Source of the DNA: Entomortierella parvispora E1425
Lineage: Eukaryota; Fungi; Mortierellomycota
NCBI GenBank assembly: GCA_020891255.1
Contig: BQFW01000003.1
Location: forward strand, 496,001-560,000
Direction: 5' to 3'
Length of the DNA stretch: 64,000 nt
The notes below the pieces were generated by a model. That model worked only from the letters and a program-made list of their open reading frames with translations, did not search any database and was not told the origin of the DNA. The translations under genes were made by a program, and so were the position numbers. Below, piece after piece: positions 13,214 through 26,308 of the stretch. Each line of letters begins with the position of its first letter. Position 1 is the first letter of the stretch.

Positions 13214-15412
13214 TCAGACAACAGACGCGGCCTTGGCGGCGGCGGCGTCTTTCTTGGGGTTCGAGGCATTGAAAGATTGAGGGTGCTTGGCACGGCGATG
13301 ACGCTGGAGATCATGCTGGCGAGTGAACTTCCAGTGGCACTCATCGCAGGGGAAAGGACGAGCGGTGGTATGGGTCATCAAGTGCGATCGCAGGTTGAAC
13401 GGCCTCGTGAAACGGCGCTGACAGACCGGACAAACATGAATGTCCTTGATTTCAGGCACCATCTCGGGCTCTAACAAGACCTGATGATCGTGTCCGCCCC
13501 CATACGACCCTGAAGATGACCGCCTACGATCTTGACGGATCGGCGAAACAGAAGAAGAGACTGAAGACTCGCGCGACCTCGAGTAAGCCGAATCGTAAGG
13601 TCCGGTAGAGATGGTCATAGACTTGGGTCGAGCTCTGAAGGTATTCCGGCCAGTTCTTGAGTAATTGTAGCTGGGATCCTTCTCCTCGTCCTCTTCTTCT
13701 TCCGACTCTGAATCCGACTCTGAGTTCTCATCTTCGGGAATGTCCTGCAAAGGCGAGTTGGACAAGGACGAAGACGATGACAACTCGACGGGTGCATCCG
13801 TGATCTGCTCTCCACAAGGGAACTTGCCCGGGCACTTGCACAACATTGACAGCTCGGTGGTCATGGTCTGATCGCTGTATCCAGTCTGGTGCGAGATATC
13901 ATTCCTGAACAAGGACGAGGCAGACTCACGCTCGAGGTCCATCTGGTTCATTGGCGGCGTCATCTGGTGGTGCTGCTGCTGATGTTGGTAGCCGCCAGAA
14001 GAGGGAGCCATGACAGGGGCCGAAGGGAAGCCGCTGTTATTCGCGGCCATGTTCATCATCTTTTGAGGCTGAGATGGAGTGGCACCCGAGGTTGGGAACA
14101 GATCGAAATCGGTACTGACGGCGGCCATGAGAGGTGACTCTGCGAAAGGAGAGCCACCAAGACTGCTACTGCAGCTGCTACTGAGACTGGGACTGAACGC
14201 AACAGAGCTATCGAGGTTATCAAACTGCCTCAACAACACTTGGTATGCTTGCTGTTGCTGGACCTGTTGTCGCATCAATGAAATCGTGGGTTGTTGCATT
14301 GTCTGGAAGGGCATTGAGGGGGTAGTGTACTGAACATACGCGTTGTGATTGCCGGTCTGGATCGTCAGGGGCTGAACCCCGTAGAACAAGGTACCGAGAT
14401 CGGGTCCGTCCACACCACTATACTTTTGATAAGCAGGGGCGGAGGGGGAGGTGGGGGGTGTATATACACCAGCCTGGGCCATTTGATAATCAAACAGAGG
14501 CTGCTGCTTCTGGTAGACCTGCTGCTGGGGCTGGACCATCTCGCTGGAGGTGTCAATATCGAGCAACTGCTGGTAGATAGAGGTCTCACCGGGGAAGAAC
14601 ATGGGCATGTCCAAGAGCTCGAGCTCAGCGGCAGACTCGGGCGAGGAGAAGGGCGAGGAGGCACAGGAGGAGACAGAGGACAGGGGCGAGTTGAAGGCCA
14701 TGGTGTGGTTGTTGGTGCTGTTGGACTGCCTGCGAGAGAGAAGAGGGAGGGAGAAAGAAAGAAAAGGAGCGAGTCAGTGCTGCGCACGACCATAAAAGGG
14801 AATTCGCCCTTGGTGCCACAACTCCACCGTCGAAACTCAGTTGCACACCGCATCCATCCCGCACATCTCGTTGGACGGCGCGATTAATAATCAACACAGA
14901 CCCACTTTGTATCTTTTTTTCTATTCTTTTCTTTTTTTTTTGCTCCATTGCATCCCGTCCATGCAACTGCTCTTTTTCCTCTTCCTCTTCCTCCTCTTTC
15001 TGCGCAGACTCGACAGACTCGTAAAAAGAATAGATGGATGTTGCGAAACACAAGAATGGGATAAAGAAAACCGCTCAGTAGATTCTTGTTCTTCCTCACA
15101 GTGGCCAAGTCACACTGATCCTCGAGAGAACGGGAACAAAGGGACCCCCAAGGAGTGTGAAGTTTGAGAGAACAGATGCGCAGATCATGCAGCAAGTGTA
15201 TTTTCTTCAAGAGGGAAAAGAGAGAAAGAAAGAAGGAGATTATTAATACAACGACAGCAAGCTCACATTACGCCATGCTCCTCTACCTCCCTCCCTTCCC
15301 TTCTCCCCTCCTTCACTGGCTCGACCACACACTTGCGCAGACCTCGCTGGTTGGGAGTACTCAACAAAAGAGACGGGCACGCTCGTTTGACAGGGGGATC
15401 TGCAACTTACAT
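13214..15412 (-). CDS. C2H2 zinc-finger transcription factor, Crz1-like fingers. Main exon 14729..13214; probable start codon split AT|G by intron 15410..14730; fallback ATG at 14701
   Basis: ORF 13214..14701 has two C-terminal fingers (CPVC..RFTRPFNLRSHLMTH and CDEC..FTRQHDLQRHRRAKH) and a Q/S-rich N-terminal region. GTAAGT donor at 15410. CTGAC branch point, polypyrimidine tract and CAG acceptor ending at 14730. Confidence 0.88.
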
Positions 15413-15668
15413 TATGATAATTTGCTAGATGTTGTTGATGCTATGAAAGATGCTGTTTGCGAAAGAGTAACAAAGTCGTCGAGGATGCTTGAAGTGCGAG
15501 TGAGAAGGGAGGTGCTGGTTGTTGAGGAAACAAGGCGGGTATGAAGCTATGAAGCGAGACAAGAAGAGAGGCCAGAGATAGCGAGAGAGAGAAAGAGAGT
15601 TGTATGCTAGGGAAGCAAGCAAGAAAAAAAGGAAGGGGAGCAAAGCAAGGGAAGAGGGTCTACCTGGG

Positions 15669-15676
15669 CTTTTATA
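15669..15676 (-). promoter_or_regulatory. TATA box of the Crz1-like gene
   Basis: TATAAAAG on the minus strand, followed by a pyrimidine-rich, ATG-free stretch of about 250 nt that ends at the split start codon. Confidence 0.6.
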
Positions 15677-18600
15677 CTTTCTGTGCCTTGCCCCGTCCAC
15701 GGTCAGTTGACGCCAGTGCATTTGTCATCGAGTGACTAATTGATCGCTTTTTCTTTATCGACTGAATACTCGCGATTGAATCGAGGTCATCCACTCCCCT
15801 TTTCTCGTCTCCCACTCGGGTCTGTGGCACGGCCCGATTCTGTCTCTCGTTCTCGTCCTCTCCCGTTGCCCTTCTTGGTGCCCAAATGCCATTCTCGCTT
15901 ATAAGACAACCCCTCCTTGCCTTATCTGTTCCTACCTGGAGAGAGGCGGTTGGCGGCCCTTGGGTTCAAGTGTCTCTGACTCCCTCCCATTGCCAAACGG
16001 TCCGTTTGTGGGGATTTAGTCCAGTGGTGATCTTTTATCCATCTGCTGGTAGGCAAAATTGAAGGGCCATTGGGGCCCAAACAAGGTTGTATGAACGAGC
16101 GCACGACCAACAACCCAGCAGCAATTGGGGGGTCAGGACAAAGAGACAAGCGCCCAAAAAAAAAAAAAAACTTTAGGTTTTGGCTCCTTGCCCATTCCTT
16201 CGCTGAATAATTCACCTGTCTGTTGCGCCATTTCCAAGAGTGACAGATATTTTTATTCCTCGTTGTTTTTTTGGATTCTGGGTGTCTGGCGCGCCTGCAT
16301 GACCCTTATTGTCAATTAGCTCTCTACAAAGGAAAGAGAAGAGGTGTGAGGGAGATGGCGGAGACTGATCAAGGAACTGAACAGGAGAGAAGATGGCGAC
16401 GATACTGAAAGAGAAAAATAAAATGCATCAGCCCTGGGTGGCAGCCTTGCAAGGTGCCGCAACCTTCAAGAAGGAGGTGCAGACACAGTGAAAGTCTGCA
16501 GGCGAGAAGAGCACTCTAATTGTGAGCCAAACATCACCATTGGAGTCTCTCCCTTCAAGGGAGAACTTTCAAGCGCGATCAGATAAATGTGAACGGGAAC
16601 TTACGTGGCCACCTGCGCAAAAGTGACGAACCGCGTGAGGGCACGCGGCGTCATTGAGCCTGAGAGAGAAATTCCCTTTTTCGATCTTCCTTTTTTTTTT
16701 TTTTTTTTTTGTCCTCCCTCCCCTTGCTGTTTGGATTTGCATTGCCCTTGTCGCAATTTTCGTTGTTGTCAAAAGTGAGGACCACTGTTGTTCTGTTTGT
16801 CGTTTCGCATCTTGGCAACCTTGGCAACAGCAACGGGAGGGAAGGACGATCACAGGAGCACAGAAGTCGCTCGAAGCATTTTTCAGTCCAGAACTCAGCT
16901 GGTCAAATGAACAAAGTCCCGACTGTCAATTGACACGTCCCCTCCAGAGTGGTCTGTATTTGGACACATCCGGGTATTTTCTTACGCCCGCCCAACGGGA
17001 GCTCACGTTGTTTCCCTCCAAGGTCCGCGCTCACCTTCTCCTATCTTTATTTCCACGCTTTTCCCCCTTCTCCCCTTCTCTCCACATCCGATTACAGAAA
17101 AGGAGGCAGAGGTTCCCTCTGACCTCTTTTGGTATCCCCGCTACTTCTAATTTTCTCTCAATTGCCTCTGTGCGACTGGTCACCAAGAGTCAGGTTGCTC
17201 CAGCCCTATGTCTGCTTTACGAGCTTCTCCGATGGCAGACCCATCGTTCGCTGTTGTACGCTGATGGTCCACAGGCACATTTTATTCCTCCGCCGCCGTT
17301 CTTGCGCGATTTCTTCCCACCCTTGCGAAGAAGAAAAGTGTGCCCACAGAATTTTTTTTAAAACAAATACTTCACTCCACAGACCCACCTCCCATGCGGG
17401 TTTCGCATTCATTTAAAGGGGCGAAAGAAAGAAGAGATCCTTTCCATGTGTCTTCAATAGAAGACCCTCTCAAATATTTCAGCCACAGCTTCCCTCCTCC
17501 TCCTCTCTGCGGAGTGTACTGGTACATGAACATGTACCCTGACCTCTTGTGTTCCTGACTGGAACATCGCAGGAATGGATCATGCAAAGATGTGCAAGAG
17601 GACGGACGGGTGAATAAAAGAACGCCCATCCATGGAACTACGGCTTCACTTTTTCCCGGAATGCATATCGACGACAACAAAAGAGAAAAACTCCCCGGCA
17701 AACGATGCACAGATGCACACCAGTGCACCAGTCCAAACCCCTCCCCTTTCATCGATGGCTTTCGTTCGAGAGCGTAGATGAAAAGGGCATGCATGTGCCA
17801 ATAGGGTCCATTATTAATATAACCAAGGCGTGCGGGATGACCAAAAGAATTCAATCCGATTTTTCCCCTCCTTTTCTCTTTCGGATTGAGTTCTTTTGGC
17901 GATGAACCTAGAACCGTTGTTTTTGATACCCCTCTCTGACCCGCCGTTGCTTATTTGCACGTTTTCTCAAATCCGTAATTGCACAACAACTGATTGCGTT
18001 TTCTTGTGCTCCTCAAAAGCCAAAAAAGTTGCTCAAACAATGAGATCATCGCGCAGTGTCCACACAACAAATATTTCCCGGCAAAGCACAACGTTGGGAC
18101 GCGTGTCGTTGTCGCGTAGTAGAAAAAAAAAGAAAAGAAACTTGCGGGATGATCGACCCTGTTTCTAAGCGCTCTTGCATCATGGTACGCCGCGCACTGG
18201 ATAGACCATTGGTATTGTCGCATCTCCTTGCCCCCTGTGGTTTTCTTCTTTCTTACCGGTGTCGCCTCTCTCTCGCTGGTCTAGGAATGGGTGCCGCAGC
18301 TGGCCTCCTTTCTCTTTCCTTCCTAATCTCTTGAAATCTTGCGCTGCTATCAAAGAAAACAAGAGGCAAAGGGTGCTTGTCGATTTGGTTATCTAGAGAA
18401 GCAGACTCAAACACTTTGTCCCTGACCATGTCACTTCATTTCATTCTTTGATCAAACTCTTGCGAGTCTCAACATCATTACACATAAAGTCTGGATTCAT
18501 CATTTGACGCCATCGGTTTGACAGTCAGTCAATGGTTCCTGAAGATAAAAGAACAAGTCGGCAAAGATTGTGACGACATGTCAGCCTCACATTACAACAA

Positions 18601-19157
18601 TTGCGTGCTTGGAGAGATATATGGTCGGTGATACTTGAACATTGCTGAAGCGCCGGGAGTAAGACGAAACAACATCCGAATGATCAACAACGCTAAACCT
18701 TTGGTATCCATGGTCATTAAAAATATACATAAAAAATCAAGACCCGAGACCGCTAATTCAGTTCGAAAGGAGTGGAGCATCGACAAAGTTATCTCATTCT
18801 TAACCTTTGGCGGGTTGACCGGATCAGTTCCATTACTTTCAGACCCCTCTTTCTTTCTCTGTCTCCATCTATCGTCTAGAGTGTATCTCTATCTTTTACT
18901 TGTGCTCTTCCACAACCTTCAGAGAACTTCAGCGCTGTCTTTGCTCTTCAGACGCTCCGCAAATGATTGCAAAAGATACGATCAGCCCATCTACCGATCA
19001 CGTGAACACATCGAAAGTGGCTTGTACCCGCCATAAACAAGATCACCCTGGCATCATCGTACATTCAACAGACACATTAGCTCCGGGTCTTGAGGTCTAT
19101 CATTTCGTTGCTTTGCGTCTTTTTCCTCCTCGTCCGTCACATCCCATTCTCTAAAAA

Positions 19158-19857
19158 ATGTCATCCCCAGCAGCTGTTGTGGCCATGACCTCGACCGCCT
19201 CCTCCAAGGCCACTGTCGCCTCCCTCCGCAAGCTCATGTCCCACCCCCAGGCCCTGAACAAGAACTTGACGGGTCTCCGCGTTCGCCCTCAGTCCGACTA
19301 TTCACATCAATGGGTCCCCGTCCCTGGTGTCGCTACCGCCAAGAAGCCTTCCTCTTACATCGCCCCTAACGCTCCATCATCATCATCACAATCAGGAGCA
19401 CCCTCAATACTCACCGCCACAGGAGAAAGAGTCAGGATGCGTTGGCAACAATCCAAGGTCTCGGGCAGAGTCTTGGCTGATATCCGTAAGAAGGTTGCCC
19501 GTTTGGAGAGGGCCGGTATCGCTTTGGCCACTCACCCCGAGACTGGTGTCGCTGTTCCCGGTGCCCAGGTCTTGAACTTGCCTGCTCCCAAGCCCTTGTC
19601 CACCAAGACTGTGCGTATGGGCAAGCCCGATAAGGGCCGTAAGCATGATCGTACTGCTCCCTTGAGAAAGGCAAAGGTCGCCAAGGCCATTGCTGAGATG
19701 CCCAAGACCATCGAGACCTGGAAGAAGGTATGGAAACATGGAGGCAGGATTGGTTTTGTTTTTTGATTCCCAAGCTAATTTCAATGTTTTCTTTCATATC
19801 GTAATCTAGGCCAAGGCTGCTGAGAAGACAAAGACAAAGAGCACCCTTCCTTTCTAA
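19158..19857 (+). CDS. MRPL25: Mitochondrial large-subunit ribosomal protein mL59 (MRPL25-like)
   Basis: RW..KVSGRVLADIRK and KPDKGRKHDR..RKAKVAKAIAEMPKTIETWK match the mL59 pattern as I recall it. Intron 19728-19809. Last exon AKAAEKTKTKSTLPF, stop at 19855-19857. Confidence 0.8.
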
Positions 19858-20155
19858 GCCTGTTCGACTCGGGAATGCACAACACCTCTCTTCTCACTCA
19901 GTTGGAACATTACAGGAGGAAAACAACCCAATATTTTTTTTCATAGACTACACCATGCACACGGATCACATCGGATTTCTACATAAAGGATTCAAAACAA
20001 CTTCGGGCACGTTTTCAAAGGATGGGGATATGCATCTATGGAGTTCTTTTCAGATCCAAAGTTGCAAAGTGTTGGAAGAGGCGCAAAATCAAAGGATTTT
20101 TTATTCCGTGCATGAGATGTGGATGAAAATCATCCTTTTTTTTGGATTTTTTTTT

Positions 20156-23100
20156 CTACTTCTCGACTTGTTCTTCGACAAACCAATCTTGCTCTTCAAC
20201 CCACCGGAAACGCTTTACAACAGTTCCATGAGGCTTTGGTTCGACGCAGTAGAGAGTGTGTAGATGGACATCCATATCGGGCATCTTTGACCGATCAATG
20301 TCCATCAGATATCCCAGAAGAATACGAAGAACAACACGGTGTGTTACAATCAAAAGGTCTGAGGTCATTCTCTCCAGTTCAATGATCAATGGGTTCAGCC
20401 GTTGGATCACATCCAGATATGACTCGCCTCCCATTCCTAAAAAACAACGAGGCAGGAGGGTCAGCAGAGCGCTACTGATTAGTATCTATTCCCTTCGAAG
20501 TTCATGGCGAAGAGATGGTAGACTAGAACAGGAAAAAAGCATACCAGGGTATCGGTAAAACAGCTTGTTCACTCTCCGTGCCTCGTATTCCTCTGGATAC
20601 CGCTCCTGGATCTCGGAGTATGTCAGTTCTTCGCAAATGCCGGCGTAAATCTCGTTCAAAAACCGCATGTGCTTGATATCATAATCCTTTGGATCAAACT
20701 CCTCCACAGTCTCCTTTGTCCTTGTCAACATACTAGTCCAGACTGCAGTGGTTCGTTCCCTTTGAGGAGAGACGGCCATCCCTGATTGGGCTTCACTCCT
20801 CCGGGACTTTTCTTGTTCCTGTCGTTGGTGTTTGATGAATCGGGAAAGACAGCTGGCATACTTCTTTCCTTTTGCTGATAAGGGTGCATCTCCTCCTAAA
20901 GTTTCATCAATCATTGTAAGTATTAAAGGAAAGCAATCGGAAGCAAAACTCACAGCTGATCCATCAACAATCAAGAAGGGCCTTACCAATCTTGCCAGCA
21001 ATGTTGTCCAGACTCTCACCATGGCGTGTCAACCAGATACACCTTGGGGAGAGGTTAAAGTTCATCAGATAAAAGATGCATTGTCCAGCGAGGTATCCTT
21101 GAATGTTGTATGCAATGACCTACGTGGGGTAGAGTCCAGAATTAGTTCAGTCGTTCATGCGTGCTAATAAAAAAAGTGCCTTGAGGCATTTCCTTACTTT
21201 CTTTCCGACATTGATCAGTTTACAGTACTGAATACCGTCCTCTTCGTCCTCTTCGCCCAGGGTTTGGTAAGCCTTCTCATAGTTTTCAAGTCGCTTTTTG
21301 AAATCATCCCTCGCCTGCTTTTCATCCATGCCCTTGTAGTCTGGTGAACTCAACTTCATCGTAATGTTGTGGGCCAACACCACGGGATCTGTGCATATTG
21401 ACTGTGGGAGAAAAGAGACAGAACAAACAAAAGGACCCAAACGTTAGCTCAATGGGTCAGGCGCATGATTATTTTTTGTGGATCTTCCCCGCGTTTGAAC
21501 AGTAAAGAGACGCAACTTGCCTCAATAAAAAGCACTCTACAGTTCGGTTCTGATTCCAGTCGATGCAAGAGCAATTTCCTAAAGGGTAGACAAAACAGAT
21601 ATTTGTCAGCTACGGGTGCACTCGTACAGGTGTGTTGTCGCCATGCATTCCTTGTCCACCAACCTGCGCTCTCGGGATGAGTTTGTGGCGTCTAACAATG
21701 AGAAGATACAGCCCGAAAGGAAAGCAAAGCAGTTGTTGCAGAGTTAGAACCTGGACCCCGATATCTTTCCTGCTCTTCCATGCCAAAGGTTCGTTTTGCT
21801 CCCCCCGAGTTTCGTTCTGTCAGCTCTACAATACCATGAATGCCGACGCGCCCTCCTTGTTTGAGCCAGATAATCAGCTCTTCTAGGCTTTCCAACGCCA
21901 AATCGTCCCGGATATTCTTGGCTGCAGTGTTGTTGGGGTCAAAAAACACATGGGAGTGACTTGTACCGTTCCTGTTGTCTCCTTTTGAGGCTATTCTTCG
22001 TCTGTTACCAACGTTAAACACCTATCGTACAGTTTGGTTTTGGTCAGCAATTGCTCAAGAGAAGGCCTGGCCGAGCAAATGATACAAAAGATGGCTCTGA
22101 GACCCGAGTGTTTAGAAGGGGGTGGTGCGCTGGATCGATCACAAAGAAAGAAAGAAATAGAAATACAGAGCTCACAAGGACAGGACACACAACGGTTGTG
22201 CCAAACAGAGGCGACCCTTATCTCGATCAAGGAGAGCGCATCGCACGTTTGCACCGAAAGAAAGAAAGGGGAAAACAGGTCTGAAAAATAAAGAGTCGGC
22301 GGGAGGGCGTGAAGCACAAGACGCACTGCTCAGCAGATCAGTCGCTGGATCCACTTTTCTCTCTCCTCTCGCTGCTCGCCAATGGCGCCGCAAGACGGAT
22401 AGGTTTTTGTTTGTTTGCGATTTTTGCGATCTCCCAATAGAGTTCTCCGCGTTCTCTGCGGATTGACCCTTTTGAAACTATTTTGTCGATGGTCACTTGG
22501 CCCAAGGATCGCGCGGCTCTCACAGCGCTTGTTCATTTCTCCCGTCTTATCAGCCAAAGGAGAGGGCAAAAAAAAAAAAAGAGTCCAAAGAATGCAAAAG
22601 CGCCTTTTTCATCGTAGACTGTGAACCTGCACAGATCCCTTATCTCACAGCAACATGGAAAGATTTTTTTTGTTGATTTTTGTCCCCGAACGATCTGATC
22701 ACTGTACCTTTGTGTCGTATTGTAACCAGGTCAGATAACGCTGCAGCTTCTTGACAAGGTAGCTCTTGCCTCGAGCGGGCAAGCCAACTGGGAAAAAAAC
22801 ACAAAACGTAGAGGATTGTGAGCCAAAGGAGCCTGGTTCACTCACTCGGTTTGTTCATTCGTTCATGCGTTCGTTTCATCCCATCGTTCCATGAGGCCCT
22901 TACCCATGATGACAACCAACTTTGACCCAAACTCGTGTTGGGTGTCCTCCAGCTCTGAGAGAATACAGATATGATTATAGAATAATGATATGAAGTGACA
23001 AAATAGAGTCACCATCCCCAAATAAATAATGCAAACGTAGCCATGGTTAATACTGGTGACAGGAGATAGATAGACCGTGCGCTCGAGAGACAAAAAAAAA

Positions 23101-23424
23101 ACAATGCATCCATCCTTGGGCAACCAAAGAGATGCTCAATTGACAATGAGTCATCAGAAGAGGCAATTTACCTTGCGGCAGTTTGGTCATGACCACGCCA
23201 GGCTGATCAATCGAGCACAGGCTTCGCCGCCGAAAGGCCTCGGCGGACTGGGGTTCGAGCGAGGGGATAGAGAGGTTGTTGCCAACAGGTCCTCCACCAC
23301 TAAAACGTGTTGCTGCAGCGGCAACGTCGACCGCACCAGCCTTTGCACCAGCCCCAAGGATCGGGCTGGAAAGCTGGATGGGGTCTTTTTGCATCGTATG
23401 TGTGTATGTGGACGCCAGCTTCAT
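20156..23424 (-). CDS. 6-phosphofructo-2-kinase/fructose-2,6-bisphosphatase (PFK26/FBP26 family)
   Basis: Spliced VIMVGLPARGKS (P-loop), VFNVGNRRR, WLTRHGES (histidine-phosphatase motif), LNEIYAG..E, YRYPG, GGESYLDVIQRL and IVTHR. RRRS PKA-type site in the first exon. Start could instead be ATG 23394. Confidence 0.93.
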
Positions 23425-23913
23425 GTGATTATTCTGCCAAGGGACGATATATAGAGGTGGATATGTAGGTGGGTACGAACGACAGAAGTATATGGAAGGG
23501 GAAGAAGAGAGGCAAGGGAGAGAGAGCGTGTGTATGTGTGTATGCCAAGGAATGAGGGCAGTTTGGTTGGTGGCGAGCGAGTGGTGAAGTGTGAAAAGAA
23601 GAAGAGAGGAAGTGTCAAAAGAGGCAGAAGACTGATGCGCAGGAAAAAAAATCGCGAGACTGTTTCTGGAGTTCTTCCCTGATCATCGCCCTTCATCCTG
23701 CTCGCACTGGCCAAAAGGCGCGTGCCCTGCACCCATGTCCCTTTGACTGCCCACCACTTGTAAATAGCCCAATGAGCACCCAACACAGACTTTGTCAATT
23801 GCTTTAATGTACGGAATATGGTCAATGGTAAGAAGACTAGTCTATGTGGATAGTAGTAGTGGATATATATATTTTTTGGGCTTGTTTCTTTTTGCGGGCG
23901 CACACCGCGAGGC

Positions 23914-25914
23914 CTATCCGCGATCCACATCGTACTCCCATCCAGGAAAGTCTTGACGATGTTCAAACATGTCTACAAGCTTCTTGTTGAACGGCTCAAA
24001 GACACGCTGGAGACGGAATCGGGTCGCAAGCTCCAGTGGAGGGTCCGAGAATGTTGGCTGCTGTGACCTTGGTCTATAGTCTGCCTCTGCATCCTCGTCG
24101 TCCAGATCAATGTCATCGCTTTCGTCCTGAACAACAATCGAGTTTGAGCCAAAGATCTTGCTAAAACCAGCACCGCCGTGTCTCAAAGGCGCCATAGGGT
24201 CTGTGCCAATCTCAATGGGGAAGTTCAGGAAGGGCGCGGGGTCGAGGCTCAGGAAGTGCGATAACCGCACCATAGTTGACACTGTCGATTTCTTATCATA
24301 GAGATCCTCGGTTCGAAGAACAAGAATCTTGGTAAATGGCACGTACTTCACAAACTCATGGAGCTGAGAGTAGTAAAGACCTTTGACAATTAGGCTCAGA
24401 AGAGGCGCAGGAGGATCTGTACAGGGAGTCTGACGTTAGCTTCTGTGTGCAAAGTTAACGATTCTCAAAATGACATAAGGGCAACAATTTCAAACATACC
24501 CCTGGCATTGTTGGATCTTGGGCGGTTGGGAAGTCCCATGCGCTTGGCCGCTATAGTTTTTTTTGTAAAAGAAAATCATTCGTTTAGCTACAGCGCATCT
24601 CAAACATTTGACACACTTGTCAGAGGTGTTGAACTTACTCTTGTTGGCTTCCTCTGAATGGCACTTCAAGAACTCTGTCCACTTTTTGCTTCCTGGACGG
24701 GCAATGCACTCCTTGAGGATCAACAACTCTTCGGCCACGATCTCTTCGAAACTGTATCCAGCGGCGTATTGCTCTAAGAAACAGGTTGCAACATATGATA
24801 ATGTCAGAGCCGAAAACGTAAAATGAGGGATAGTCAATGAATTTGAACGTACTCTGCTCCAGATAGTTGAGGTATGCACGGTCAATGGGGTCTCTGAAGA
24901 TAAAGACGGCCTTGATCTCTGGCATAGTGTTAGCGATCCGTTTGCTGGCGCCGTCCATGTGGAGATAGCTTGGGGCACATTCGCCCACCAAGATCTTTTG
25001 GTCGTTGTATGTTGGATTTTCCTGATGGTCCATGTTGTTGACATGACCGAGGCCGTAATGCTGGATATGAGGCAGGGATTCTCCTGACAATACGGGGTTG
25101 TGTGGTGCAACTGGCGGGATATCCTTGATTGAGGGGAAATATTGTAGGTACCACTCAAGATTTTTGGAGGATGGCTCGAGGTCGCTGTACTTTTGCGAAC
25201 CAAAGAAAGGCGATTCCTCGATGTCGGGCATATCCACCAATGATGCGTTCCCGGTTCTATTGTCGTCCATATATCGCATGGGCGTCAAGCAAAATACAAT
25301 GTTAGAACAGCGTTGATGTTGGTGCAGCTACAAAAAGGGAGCACAAGAGGGACATTCCCTCGCCAGGCTTGCGCCAGTAAACAAAAACCAAGTTTCAAGG
25401 CAAAGACAGCGAAACCAAGGGAAAAAAAAAGAAAAAAAGGCCGCAAAGCCTCTAGTTACCTCTCATGCATCTCGTTAGACTTGACAAGGTCCCACACCTG
25501 AGGATGGGTTCGGAAGGCCTCATAGAGGACATTGGCAGCACTGTGTTCTGCTCCAGCAATCATGAAGCTGGGGACAATCTTCTTGCAAATCTGCCAATGG
25601 CGACCATTTTTGCAGACGGGGGGGAAATAGATTGTTGTGCTTCGCTCCTTCTTGGTCAAGCGCTTAGGCAACATATCGACCTCATCCTTGGCATCGTCGT
25701 CGAGAGCAGTCGCCAGCGACTTTATCCTGACCTTGCCCTTAAATTGAAGACTGTGGGCATAACGTTCCATCATGATTCTCTCTGCATCTTGTGGGTCTGG
25801 TTCCATCAAACCCATGCCAGAGAGGAGATTCTTTGAGGGCAGGCGCACCACAAACACTAGGCAGATGGACAGGAAACAGCACACGAGTGCAATCCTGCGT
25901 ATGCGGGGTGGCAT
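23914..25914 (-). CDS. Type II membrane sulfotransferase-fold protein (HS3ST/NDST-like) with degenerate PAPS motifs
   Basis: Short basic N-tail and hydrophobic helix (MPPRIRRIALVCCFLSICLVFVV). Motifs PSFMIAG..LY..HPQV, EESPFF, EWYLQYFP, GECAPSYL, KAVFIFRDPIDRAY and GLYYSQL..KILVLRTEDL are colinear with heparan-sulfate sulfotransferases across 4 exons. Confidence 0.8.
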
Positions 25915-26308
25915 TATGGTCCTGCTTCTGTCTGGCTGACTATGTGAAGATGGGGGGCAGGTGTGGCAGCCAGATTACAGGCGGAGGGTGCAGCGACGGA
26001 GAGAGGTCAAGGCGGCCGTTTGATGTGCTCAGGAGGAACACAAGGGGAGAGGGAGGGAGAAGGGGGGTGAGGTGGAGCAATAGAAAGAGGAGATGTGTGT
26101 TGTTCTGCTGGCGGGTAGATGCGAATGCAGTTGATGACAAGAGACGAGCGACCAGACCGGGAATGGGAGTTGGATGAATGGACGGACGACCATGGCGAAA
26201 TGGAAGAGAGAGAAGGCGGAGGGGGCAAAAATACTTCACTTAAGGGTGCATTTCGATGTGAAAGGTGTGCTCTTTTTTTATTTCTTGTCCTTTTGGCTGA
26301 ACTGAAGC

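Noticed and set aside
18592-18786. Small ORFs in the 4.4-kb spacer between the Crz1-like gene and MRPL25
   Set aside because: No recognisable motifs, codon bias or consistent splice structure. Cannot be supported without expression data.
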